Part shown: positions 11,861-23,399 of the stretch, piece after piece | Position numbering within the stretch: the stretch's first letter is position 1 | Layout of the letters: each line of letters begins with the position of its first letter | Assembly: GCA_000934665.2 (NCBI GenBank) | Contig: KZ539081.1 | Location: 1-34,036 of the forward strand | Reading direction: 5' to 3' | Source: Catajapyx aquilonaris | Lineage: Eukaryota | DNA length: 34,036 bases | Program-made: the position numbers and the translations under genes | The notes under the pieces: model-generated | What the model was told of the DNA's origin: nothing | Seen by the model: only the letters and a program-made list of their open reading frames with translations | Databases searched by the model: none

Positions 11861-12459
11861 TTCCGGTACGATTTCTAATACTTTCCACAGGTGAGTCGAA
11901 AGAGCCGTCAAAACATGCAAATTGTTGTGCGGACATGTAGCTTTTTTTTTTTTTAATCATCCCGAAGCCTGCGTGTTAATCAGTATATAATCCTTCCCAT
12001 GATGGTCACATGATAGTCGCATGATTATTGTACACCTGTTGCGACTAATTAACTATTTATATTGGTATAGACCTCTACTAACCTAACGAGATGTTTACTT
12101 CCTCAATGCAGTTATACCGTAAATCAAAATACGACGCTTCAAATCAAGGTTAAATGAAAATCCGCCAACTGGGCCAAATCACGCACTTGGGCTAAGCCGC
12201 GGCTTACAGAGTGCACAACCTAAACCCTACCTAAGACCATCTAGTAAGACTTGGGTAAACCTTAGCGTGGTGTGGTGGGGGGAGAGAGAAAAAAATACGG
12301 TCCACCTTGAAACAGGTAATCATCACGGAAAATTATGTAACACATAATCTGAACCAGCGATAACCAGATTCCCCCTCCTATTATCGTCTTATATAATTTT
12401 TGCAACAAGATCAGTTTCTTTCTATGACCAAGTTTTTCAGAGAATTTTAGATTTCCAGG

Positions 12460-12790
12460 ACTGAACATGGTTGCAGGGCTTGGAACGTGGCGAAATGACT
12501 AACTACGGCTAATCTCGCCATCCGCAGCAAATGCGAGAAAAGTAAAAGTGTGTCACAGATGGAGCCTCTCATCATGCCAGATATGTACGAAATCAGAACG
12601 TCCTCGATGGTCTCAACATGTTAAGGGGTCACACAAACACCATACTTTTTCTTCCCATATACGCCTGCTGGATATGAGCTCTCTCGTGCAGTTAAATAAC
12701 AGAACTCTTGAGAATACAGTACTTCTCTGGCGAGCTGTGCCAATACTCACACGTTTTATTTCGACATGCAAACGAAGCTCCTATTGTATC
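12460..12790 (+). mobile_element. decayed Jockey-like LINE fragment (RT C-terminal region)
   Basis: WLQ-WNV ... RWSQHV ... LLDMSSLVQLNNRTL....R-PILT resembles Jockey 'LTW..H ... LL...S.L...NK.L.Y...RPILTY'. Confidence 0.4.
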
Positions 12791-13329
12791 TAGAAGGTTA
12801 CATAAAAATGAAAATGACGCCAATGCAACGGGATAATACTTGCACATGGGTAGAAAACAAGTTGAACAAAAAATTATGTACGCCAACTCCTTATTAAATT
12901 GCATAATTATTGCGCCTGGAAACGCATCAGTAGACACAACTGCGTTGCATTTTGCTCGAATGAAAACCGCTACAAGTGTTGTCCTAATTCCGCTCCCCAT
13001 GTTTACATTTCTCACTCCTAAAAAAGCACGATTGCATAACCCAATCAAATCAGACAATGAACCTTCCCTATGTACTGTAATGAAGAATAACTGTATATAT
13101 ACACCGATACATGATGGACCATGTACGAATGTAACTGTAAACACAATAGTTCCTCCTCCTTTATCTAATCCTGGGTCAGGTTCAAGGGCAAAGTACTGGA
13201 CACGGCGAGATAATTAAGTGTAAGTAGATGAAATTCGCGCCTATGGTGTCGTGTAGGAATTGCGTATAAGGTGCGTGTGAGTCTCAATATCGGCGCACGC
13301 GTCGTCAATGTCAACCCGCCCCCACTCAC

Positions 13330-13406
13330 AAGGCGAGTCTATCGATCCTCGACACAGGGATGATAGGCAAAGTGCGACGCCAAGGGTTTTTGCCCCCACC
13401 ATCCAT
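13330..13406 (-). CDS. candidate alternative first coding exon, MDGGGKNPWRRTLPIIPVSRIDRLA + 2 nt (phase-2 donor)
   Basis: 25 open codons from ATG to GCC TT|GTGAGTG (strong intronic donor consensus). TGACGTA (13446-13452) and CCAAT (13466-13470) lie just upstream. Confidence 0.45.
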
Positions 13407-14545
13407 TCCCCCCTCCTTCACCTCCACACTCCATAGAAACCCCGGTGACGTACATCCTTCGCCCACCAATAATAATGAATACACCTGCCAATAACTTCTT
13501 CATATGTACACTTCTTTTCAGCTCTTTCGCTGAGAAAAACAGAGTTCAAGTTGTCTAAGGCTTCACGGACTTTCTTTCAAATCGTCACGTGAACATAATC
13601 ACCACCTGTGATGTTATGTTGTTTATCTGAAGGCCACTTGCCACAATGTCAGTGGTGAAACGTGATATTGCACCGAGATAATCTTATTTATTACTTTCTT
13701 TGCCGTACAATTAATAGAACGCGAATATTCCGATAAAAAAGATCAAGTGTTGATGTATACCATTCGCGAGCACTATACCGTCGCAACTGTCAGCAAACCA
13801 TGTGGTCCACGATCAACTCCATTACATGCAGTACATATAAATCAATTGAATATTTTTCTGACTCGATGCCATTAAAGCTTGCTCCTTGATGGTACGTTTT
13901 GGTTAGACCCATATTTGGTATTCCAAAAAGGTAGTAGCCTAATGGTGGCATGTGATTCAGTAAAGTACTGTACTTCCAAGGAGGCAGATATCAAGTAATT
14001 CAATACCAAAACCTTCTAGGTCTCAGCAGTGAACACGTGATTCAAGACCCATTTTACAAGATGGTACCAATCATCTCTGCCATAGCAGAAGCCATTTCCT
14101 AACAATCGAATTTCACGCCACCTGCATGAATTTTATTGCTCGATCATGTTCGCCCTGGCTCTATCTCTGCCACAGTTCTGCACATCTCGGTTGCCTGTAT
14201 GCCAGATAGAGTTACAGTAGCCTTAAAAGCGAATATGTAAATTTGATATTGCGCAAAAAAAAATCATTCAAATGGAGAAGTCTCGCTGCCTTTTCTTTTT
14301 CGTATTTCATTTAATGGACCACTTAAGAATGACGAGTGTTCTGATTCTATAGGAAACACGTGCTAGGAACATCCATTGATTTTGCTTAACGTAACAAAAT
14401 GGTTTTGATTTGGATCCATATATTAGATCCTCTACTGCGTAAGGCAATACTAAAAACATATTATTCATATCGCTCTTCTATACTATACATATATTGCAAA
14501 CTGGAGCTTCATTATCAATCTCTAGAAGGCCGAAATATAAGACTA

Positions 14546-14791
14546 CAGGGTGATCAGTAATTCCGGCGAGGGCGACTCCTTGACCTATTCAAATAACAAA
14601 ATAATCATCATCATTTATGGCTGGGAGGCGCCAACCAGAATCACATGAAATAGAGTTGGCTACTATAGTATAGTACTAGTATAGGATCGCCTACATTAAT
14701 TTACATACTAACGCCTCCCAGCCAGAAGTGATGTTCGGTTTTAGAATACAGCTCTACCTACACCCATTTTGCGGAGTTACTGTCCACCCTG
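14546..14791. mobile_element. Tc1/mariner-like MITE
   Basis: TA|CAGGGTGATCAGTAATTCCG ... CGGAGTTACTGTCCACCCTG|TA imperfect TIRs with TA on both sides. Internal inverted repeat TGGCTGGGAGGCG / CGCCTCCCAGCCA. Confidence 0.75.
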
Positions 14792-15169
14792 TATGTACTA
14801 GTACTTCCTTTAGGTCGTAGAAGAAACAATATCGATCCGCAGATGAATGGCCAATATGCACATGCATCGCTAAAAATATCACGAGCGAAAAAGGCGGAAC
14901 CAAAGGTGAATAGTTTTTGAACCACCATCTTCTCTGGAAGTAATATTATCCATACTGCGCCTCTGGGAGAAGAAGTAACCTCATAAAAAAAAGTTAAAGG
15001 CTTAGGTGACCTTCAACGGAAAACATAACCACGGCACTTTTGGCTTTACTACTTCTTACTGGCAAACAATTTCCACTCAACAAATAGACACGCATTTTCT
15101 CTCCTCGGGCATAAAAAACGATCAAGTAGCTATTTTTGCTCTCTGTGATTCACGGGGGAGCTTTCATAT

Positions 15170-15450
15170 AAGGTATCAGTAAATGTGGACAATGAGAGGC
15201 AACACAGGACAAACACGGGATACTTCTTGACCCCTTTAATCTAAGAATCTGTTCCAAGATCGATTTTGCCATGACCCACGAGAATTTTTTGTGGAAGGGA
15301 TTCCTAATAAGGTTAGATGAAAAAGTGGACCTTTTCTTTCCTGCACAAATTGGTAATTTTGTAGCATTGAAAATGGGCACAGAAGGCGACAGGAACCTCC
15401 CAGAATTTATATTTACATTCCTACAGCAACAGTATAGAGTCCCAACTTTT
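15170..15450 (+). mobile_element. possible decayed I-group LINE RT fragment
   Basis: LKMGTEGDRNLPEFIFTFLQQQYRV resembles the RT segment 'L..MG..G.LP.FI..FL..R...V' that follows the DxxKAFD motif. Confidence 0.35.
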
Positions 15451-17169
15451 TGCTGATATTTAACAAAATAAACAATTGCTCAATACTGATTGCACGCTTC
15501 TGATTGGACCAATAATTTTATTTCAGTTCTGATTGGTGACTTTCAAAAATTGGACGTATACTCTAACATCGATAAAACATGAAACTGGCGTTTTCTGTGC
15601 CAACTTTAAACATACTGGGAATATTTCAAATTCTCTTTACGGCTGTGCACTATGTATTGTATAGTACAGTACAGTACACTACCAGCAGTTTAATCGTACG
15701 TTGGCATATGCGTCCCTCAACATATCATCATTCTCAGGTGCTGCGTTCCAGAATAAGCTTTGCAGAGCCCGCAAATTTTCAATTGTGCTTACCACGATAA
15801 ACATATAAATACTCCAGCTTACTGATAAGATTACCCACCTCACATTGTAATACACTGTTTTTCTAGTTCCATATCATATCAAAAAAAAAAAAAATCGTGA
15901 CCTTCTCCAGTCCCCAAACCTGACCTGACGAAAAGTCATGAAGGTCAACGAGCCCATATCTACCTCACCGTAACCACACACTAATTAACACAAGGTGTGT
16001 GCGTAGCGTAACGACAGGAATGCGATGGATGACCTGCAATAACACAGGAAAGGGGCCTCGCGCGTTCAAAACCAACCAACAAAAAAGGGGGGCTTCCACA
16101 TCACCCACCTGCTGGAATCTCTTACGTAAGTCACCTGCGCTCCCAACTTTTTTTTTTTTCCGAAATATTTTTTTGTGTACCCCTTCCGTGGTTTGCTGCA
16201 CGATCGTCATTGCCAAGTGGCCTTCGAAGTAGAGAGGAGGGGGGTGCTGCATTATGGCCCTTTTTGTTGGGGGATGGTCACGGTACAATGCTGGTGCTTT
16301 TGTACTTGTTATTGTGAACAGGGTTCGAGGCCGGCAAGGTGCAATGACGTACAGTACAAAAAAAAAGTAGTACGCACCTTTCGCAAGGTACGATACGAAA
16401 TTTCGTCAGTTCTCTCCTGATCATCCCTAACCTTCGAGAACACCATAAATTCCAGAAGGCCTTGTTTCTCTTCTTCCACAAAAAAAAGAGGCGCATCACA
16501 CATTATGTGCACCCTCAGGCACCATTTGAAAATTGCTTGTCATCACATACTGATAACATAGGGGCCCACTGCTCCCACGGATGTATAAGAGAAGGTCTCC
16601 GGTTATTGAATTTCAAACCCAGGACCTACGACACCTAATCCGTAGCCAGACTTGGCCTTGGTGTCGTATAAAACCCCCACGCGATCAAAACGTTCCTAAT
16701 TTTAGGATCTGCAAGCTCTGCCCAAAATTGTGGAGGCCAATACGCTGACCATTCATGCTCGTAAATTGAGAACAAACCCATCCCGAGTCCACTCAGCAAC
16801 GGTGAGGGGGTTACCTCGTTTCGCATGCATTTGCACTGAAGGTGCCCTTCAGACGGTATCATGTCACACAGATAATATATAATTAGCCTGCATCGACGAG
16901 AGCGACGAGGAAAAAAAAAAAAGCCATTTCCCCCCATACAAAATGCTGTTCCAATTTCACTTGGGGGTCACTTTTGCCAGTTCACTTCAGATGAAAGTAC
17001 GCATTATGCGCCTGACGTCAAAGAATCAAAATGAGACTCGTGTGCACGGGGTGGCCCACAAGTCTCCACAAAATTCACCAGGTACGAGACATGAGCCAGG
17101 GGCAATAGCTACGTTTATTTTAGCCTACCCACTGCTTGTATAAATGGATCCCAATGCTGTGTATTTAAT

Positions 17170-17500
17170 TGCTTGATGGCCTTACTCAATTCGTCCAAGA
17201 GGGTGGGTCGCTAGGGAGAGGGCGGAAATATTTGGTCCTTAATTCTCTTGGACCCCTACTCCAACAACCAGTTGTTGCCAGATGGTCACTGGGTACACTG
17301 TGCCGAGCACAAGAGCTGTCTTGCCTTCTTCACAAAGTGTGGTTGGCTCAAGATGATGTGAATATTTGCTGAAAGCCTGGAGAAGCAACATGATACTCCG
17401 TTTTTTTTTCGGACACATCGATTGAGGTCCGGTCGATTGATGTGCAACGATGAACTCTGATTGGAATCCATGGAACTAATATCCAATTACTGCCCGTAAT
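17170..17500 (-). mobile_element. possible decayed Jockey-like LINE 3' fragment
   Basis: RAVIGY ... NRCVR ... ANIHIILSQP ... N.LV resembles the post-RT Jockey C-terminus (RP.I.Y ... N..LR ... N..IH..L..P ... H.N.L). Confidence 0.3.
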
Positions 17501-17538
17501 ATAAGTACAAATTAAAATTGTAGACCTATACTGTACTA

Positions 17539-17998
17539 CAGTCCGTTAAACCGAAGAACGCTGTGACGTCACGTTCAGCCCCGCCTCCACCAGGCTCTTC
17601 CCTCATGATGTCCCCGAATCGCTCTGCAAGCATATACTACTGTGCATGCACCGAAGCAGTGGTGGCGGAGGGGATATGGTATCCGACTGCTAATTGGGAG
17701 GCCCTGGGTTCGATCCCCGGGACCGGCAACCCTAACCGTGGTTTTCTGTGGTTTCCCACGGTCCCTCCAGGTAAATGCCAGGGTTGTTTCCTAAAATAAT
17801 AGGCCACAGCCGCTTCCTTCCGTCCCTATCCTATTCCCAAAAGCGAAGTAAAAATGCAAAGAAAGAGTTCCAGTCAAAACAAAACTTCCCCCTAAAGAGC
17901 CGCCGGCTGATAACGGGTATGATATTATTATTACTACTGTGCATGCTCAGAAAACATGGCTGGTGTGACGTCAGAGCGTTCTTTGGTTTAAAGGACTG
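17539..17998. mobile_element. TA-flanked MITE (Tc1/mariner/pogo-like) interrupted by a SINE
   Basis: 34-bp TIRs CAGTCCGTTAAACCGAAGAACGCTGTGACGTCAC vs the reverse complement CAGTCCTTTAAACCAAAGAACGCTCTGACGTCAC (31/34). TA at 17537-17538 and 17999-18000. Confidence 0.85.
17650..17931 (+). mobile_element. tRNA-derived SINE, family B (Talua/Lm1-like body)
   Basis: A-box-like GGTGGCGGAG and B-box GGTTCGATCCCC. Body GGTTTTCTGTGGTTTCCC..CCAGGTAAATGCC..AGGCCACAGCCGCTTCCTTCC resembles polyneopteran insect SINEs (from memory). (ATT)n tail; perfect 15-bp TSD TACTACTGTGCATGC at 17635-17649 and 17932-17946. Confidence 0.9.
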
Positions 17999-18299
17999 TA
18001 GGTAGTGGTCCAAAAATAGCTGGATACTTTTCAAGTCTAGAATTAAACAATTCATATTCAAAAACCAGGATAATAACATTAATGTACTATCAATCGTCTG
18101 ATCAAAATGACAACGACGACACTACATTAAGTACTAGTTCACCAAGCTTTAGTGAACTCAAATATAATAATCAAGGGTCGAGGTAGGCTACAATAGGGTT
18201 CAATCTCCGATCTGGAATGTCTATTTTCCGCGTCGCATGCATAAAAATAACCAAAAAAAACCAGCTATTGCCCCAGTTAAGAGCTGCCCTTGATAGACA

Positions 18300-18640
18300 G
18301 CGCTGATGACGAATCTGGTGTCCCAACATGGCATAAATTGCAGTATCGATCGCGGCAATCAGAAATCCAGTGTATAGTCGAGATCAGTGATTCATGTACA
18401 AATAATTAATATATTCATGGATAATATAGAGTTGCATAAGACTGCTTCTAGGAAACAGCGTCGCAGCATATCCATCTGTAAGTCGAATTACATTTCGATG
18501 ACAGTATCGAAGGCGCCAACTACTGTAGAATTAAAAGAGTGGCATCACTGTTCGGGCGAGAATGATTGCAATACACATCGCCACATCTACGGGCGTTACC
18601 TCCAGGGAATACGTACTTGCTACAGGAAGATCTAGTTTTC
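18300..18640 (+). mobile_element. possible decayed Tc1/mariner-family transposase C-terminus
   Basis: NYISMTVSKAPTTVELKE...YLQGIRTC resembles 'GYLK.KVY...P.T..ELK ... F..RL..C'. An upstream W-QHG may be a trace of FQQDG. Confidence 0.3.
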
Positions 18641-19612
18641 GTGTGCCTCTGGAGAGTTGATTGTTGCACGCCCAAAACGAAGGAGTAGCAAGCTCCAATT
18701 TTATTTCACACTATACTTTTTAAGTTTTACATATATGCAACTAGGAATTTTAAAATTTGTGTTTATGAAGTAATTGCTCCCTGAGTCAGAACTTAACAGA
18801 AGCTCCTGCACAGAATAAACATACCTCCCTCAGCTCAGTCCCTCTCGTTTCACGAGGAAGCGCACGCACAAAATAAACATGCCTCAAGGACAAAATCCGA
18901 GGGAGAAATAAATACATAAATAATAATGTCAAAATTATGTATTACGCATAATCTTTATAAAATATAGAAATTATAATATAAAAATATTAGAATGCGTGTA
19001 TTTTGCTTTTGTGATGCGTGCCGATCGTTACACTCCCCCACCCCCACACCCAAGGAAAAAAATAGAAGGCGGTTTTTTTTTTCAGCAAAAAAGATTATTG
19101 AGTCTCATCCACAAATACACCAATTAGTCCTCCCTGGCACAGTGGGGGCGATTAAAATGGCGTCCTTTTTGCGCGCCAAAAAAACAATAATTTTCGATGG
19201 CGTCTCACAAGACAAATAATGAAGGCTCGTTAGGACTTTCTTTCTGCGCAGAACATTTTTTATATACCGCACCGGATACTTCTACGGGGGTCTTCAAAAT
19301 ATCTCCAGAACAATCTCGAGTCATTGGCACATCCCAGCTGAGAATCAGCAGCACTTCCTTTACAAAAAGGACTCCTACGCAACTTCTGGTTATTTTAAGT
19401 CCAGAAGCATGTATTCTAAAAACCTGGTCAAGTCTCACCTACCAATATGTCAATTTTGGATAAAACGCGAAACTATTAATAAAAGGAAGCGCCCAGAAGA
19501 CTTATCGAGCCCAACCGCCATAACGACAAGTGATGAAGCACAGGGCTGCTGGATAAAAGCGGCAAAGAAAGGGGTAAGAATTTCTAATTGAGTTCAACGT
19601 TTACTGATACAC

Positions 19613-19762
19613 GCCAGAAAAACCTCCAGGTACCTGGCCCACTGCTGGCCCAAACGTCCACTTACCATAAAATTCCTCGGCAGACGACAGATAAACATTC
19701 CCACAGCACTCTCAGAGGACGTTTGGTCCAGCTGTAGGACAAGTACCTCAATGTTCCTTGGT
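19613..19762. mobile_element. short inverted-repeat element (MITE remnant)
   Basis: 19628-19658 AGGTACCTGGCCCACTGCTGGCCCAAACGTC vs the reverse complement of 19718-19748 (26/31). Outer boundaries are approximate. Confidence 0.6.
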
Positions 19763-19789
19763 TAGTACACTAGAGTCAACAATGCACTC

Positions 19790-20110
19790 CGACACATTCC
19801 TGCACCTTTTTCTTGTCTCCATTCTCTATCCCACATCTCGGGGTGTCACACGACCTTATAGCATTTGGGCGTGATAAGTCCTGCGGGGGGTCCTTTTGGA
19901 ATATACCTTCTAACCCTCCTGTCTCTCAAATGTCAACCAAAATTGGCCCATTGCTAGCCAGACTTCTCCAGACTTCCAACATATTTATCCGTGGATATAT
20001 TCCTACCCACAACTGCGTCTCATACATCCGAGTGGACCTTGTGACTACAAGCTCCCAATGGACAATTTTTTGGCTTTAAATATCTTTCTAGGTCTGATCC
20101 GTAATAACTC
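19790..20110 (-). mobile_element. decayed RTE-clade LINE 3' fragment
   Basis: Minus translation WELVVTRSTRMYETQLW...NMLEVWR...NGPI...KKV matches RTE 'V.RP.L.YG.E.W...LEV.ER..LR.I.GP...KKV'. Confidence 0.55.
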
Positions 20111-20215
20111 CACTTCATCGAGATAAAAGTATGCATTGGTATATTCCATATTTTGTAACTGCCTGTGTTGCCGTCCTCCGCATATCATTTTCCTCGCCAC
20201 TTGGGTGACCCTTAC

Positions 20216-20445
20216 CTTGGCGGGTTCTGCTGCAGAAGCAATGCAGCCGAAGACTGTGTGGAACTAGCCCTGTCGTCGCCATCCCCAGCAGCAGTGCTGG
20301 CGCCAGTACTGCCACTTGTGGCGTCCGGTCCGCCATCAGGTTCTTCATCTGAGGCGGCGGCCATCGTCGCTTCGGGGTCCGGCGAAGACGCTGCCCCGCG
20401 AGCCTCCTCCTCGCTCGCCATGTCTCCAGCTACCCCAGCGTCACC
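20216..20445 (-). CDS. coding exon of an unidentified host gene; acidic Ala/Ser/Gly-rich low-complexity N-terminal segment (GDAGVAGDMASEEEARG...LLLQQNPP)
   Basis: GC-rich open frame in an AT-richer background. Pyrimidine-rich acceptor ...CCTTTTCTGCCATTGTGTGTTCCAG| and donor CCA AG|GTAAGG (phase 2). In-frame ATG at 20421 (GACATGG). Confidence 0.8.
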
Positions 20446-20869
20446 CTGGAACACACAATGGCAGAAAAGGGCAAAATAACTAATAGGGCACCGAAGCAGT
20501 CAATTTGTGAGTCAATGGTTTTTCTAGACGTAAGAAAGTGACCTTCAGTAGGCGATACGGTGACCGACTTGCATGTAGGAGCCTGGTGCCGTTTTGTTCC
20601 AATCTAAATATGCAATGTGCCTCCAATGCACGTGTACAGCCCTTTCCAAAAATTCATAGTTTTGCATTAGATTCGCACCGCTTTCTATACTCTGTTTCTA
20701 GGCGCAGGTGGTACAATGTGCCGCGATTTTTAGCCGATTCGTAAATATAGCAGGTGGCACACTATGTATTATTCTAACCTTGACCTTCTATGTCCGTCAC
20801 GGTGAGCTGAACAGCTACTTTGCGCTCACACAGTGTTTGCGGTGAATCAGCATCATTCCAAGTACCTGC

Positions 20870-21190
20870 GGCGTTTGCAGATCATCCTGGCCCCCAAACA
20901 CTTTGTATCCGTCTTTCAGAAGGTTATAATCCCGCACTCAACACTTGCGATTGCCTGAGTACTGAGCAACAACACCGTTTTATTTTTACTGCCGCCACAC
21001 GTTTTCGAGATAACAGTCACATTAAGGTAATATTACCCGCAGGAGAGAGATGTCGCCAGCTGGAAAATATTACGAAACAACTTGGGTGCTGTGACCTGTT
21101 AGGTACCCCACAAAATCACTCTTTACTACTCCATCTGCCGCAACTTCATAGCAAAATGCCAACAGTTCAACACTCCAAACCGCCCGCCAT
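20870..21190 (-). mobile_element. decayed piggyBac-like transposase fragment
   Basis: WSVELLA...FVG ... TVIS....KNKTVLLLST ... IITF resembles piggyBac 'FTSVELA...VGT ... TLVSY.PKKNK.VLLLST.H ... II..YN'. Confidence 0.45.
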
Positions 21191-22664
21191 GCCGAATTGA
21201 GAGCAAATCTATGCATCAGGTTGCTGGGTCGAGTCCGATGGCAGACACGCTGCGCCAAATTGGCATTGGGAGCACATCGTCCCTCTTTTTTTCTTTTTTT
21301 CCTTTTTCTTCTTCTTTTTTTGGTACCCTTTCCGGCGACCTTCATCGCATTTGCTGAGCTTCCGCCAACACGAATCTTAACCAATCATGACCTTTGTATT
21401 TTTGCTTCTCAGCCGCCCCCCCATAATTAAAAGCCTTTTTTCTTTCAAATCGAACGATACGGGGCAAAAACAAACACAAACAGAAGTGAAGCATGTACTG
21501 CACACAAAGCTAAGCTGGGTCGGCTTGAGAAAGAAAACGTGTCCCCCACTCAAAGGATAAACAAGATTAAATCTCCCCCACGTGTAGGTTTGACCATTTA
21601 CAGTCTGTACTTATCCGGCTTCGCACCTGAAGCCGCAGTTATTAGTTGGAATCGGTGAATTCACCTTTATTTTCACTCCAATTTACCGGTTACGTTGCAT
21701 TCTCAGTCTTCTGAAAGCCTGACTCCAATAGGCAATTACCGGTATGATTTATTTTTTTCACGATAGACATTTTTCACTCACAATAAAGGCGGTCCAAGCT
21801 GGGTTTTTTGCCGTACAGTTGCTAGTGGAATCAGAAATATAAGATCACCCTATATTTTTTAAAAAAACGGCAACATATTGGGTTACACAATTTCCTCATC
21901 TTCAACTGAAAGGTGTTACCGTAGTAAGTACAAAAGTTACGCATAAGTTTACCACGGTTTTTGTGGCGTGGTGTGTCATGTAGGATACCTATTCCGCAGT
22001 GCGTAGAGCATTTTTACTATTTGAAGACTTAGGGGGAAGAACGACCAAGGTACACCTCAGGTGGAACTGAGATATCCCAATTTCAAATTTCGAAGCCCCA
22101 TAAGGTTCTATGGTAAATCCCAATTTCGGGGCCTTCCATAGTGACCTATGATCATTACTCCACAACCACGACCAAACCACCATATTCTAGGCTAGTGAAA
22201 CTGTCTTCTGAGATATGTAACTCATTTTTGACAAAAAGTGGACCTTGATCATTCTTTTCCCGAGGTCTTCGTTTATTCCCGCACCACCCTGTGTATCACA
22301 ATTATATACTACCACCGCCTACACTTATACACAGTACAGCACACTATACAGTGTTGGACGTTTATACTGGAAGTTGGCCAACGTATATGCCCACCTCTCG
22401 CTGTGAGCGGTTATACTGTACATACACGATATAAGTGCCCCATGCAAGTCCGAGAGATAACCTTCCCTTCTCCCAAGTCCCAGCCATTCTAATTTATGAT
22501 ATAAGTATAATATGCCTGGCCAACCTAATGTCAATCAGTTCATATTCTGGAAGAAACGGCAGCTAAATTCACTTCATTAAACGAGAAAGCTGTCATGCAC
22601 AGGTGCAAGAGAAGAAATCGCATATCGAAACTCTTTGCACACATATGAAAACCCATCTATATAC

Positions 22665-22735
22665 ATGCTTCGGGTTCGAACTTATAGGACTTACAAGCAG
22701 GACGACTGTACGTCACTAAATTACTGAGCTGCCCA
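22665..22735 (-). mobile_element. degenerate tRNA-like/SINE head
   Basis: Minus strand GGCAGCTCAGT...(~40 nt)...GTTCGAACCC gives A- and B-box-like motifs. No cloverleaf or body recognised. Confidence 0.3.
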
Positions 22736-23399
22736 TACTGCATTCGTAATAATGTAGCACAAGTCCAACCAGGTACATATATCTAGATCCTATACTGTAT
22801 AATACTTCGTCGCTAGTAAATAGCATATCATTTGTGATGTACTATCGACCTAATATTATTATGGACAAGCGCCACCCTTTCGCACATCATGTCAGTCCCA
22901 CTCCTCCATATCACTTTGGCAATTTGGCAAAATTGTCAACGTGCGAAACTGACAGAATACGAAAGAAAAATGTGGGCCTATACTTGTCCACAATAATTAT
23001 GGTCGATAGTACATTATACTGTATAACTGGAACTCGACACTGCAACCATCCTACGCAGCTTAAAAACAATATTGGATCGAATTTTCGTCCCACTGCTGCT
23101 ATAGCCTATAGCTGTACCAATGTCAACAACTAATAACCATGGTACCCCTTAGGTAAGCGTACAGGAGAATCCTGTCTAGCAAAAGCAAGCTGCTAGCAGA
23201 GACTTAGCAGTAGAACGAAAATCCCACCCATTGCATTGTGCTTGTTTAACTTTGCAAATTGCAGTCTGAAAGTAGCGCAGCAACGCAATTAGAAAAAGTG
23301 ATTCCAGTGTACAGATCAATTTACTAATTCTCAGTGAAAAACAATTCAATTACAGTAACTTCCTCTTGTGTTCAGCCCGCAGGAGACTATAGCGAATTA

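Noticed and set aside
12218..12265. Degenerate (CCTAA)-like runs (also ~32868-32895) as interstitial TTAGG telomere repeats
   Set aside because: Too few and too imperfect units.
22238..22492. ORF with ILEVGQR resembling the L2/CR1 'LE.VQR' motif
   Set aside because: Single weak motif with no supporting neighbours.
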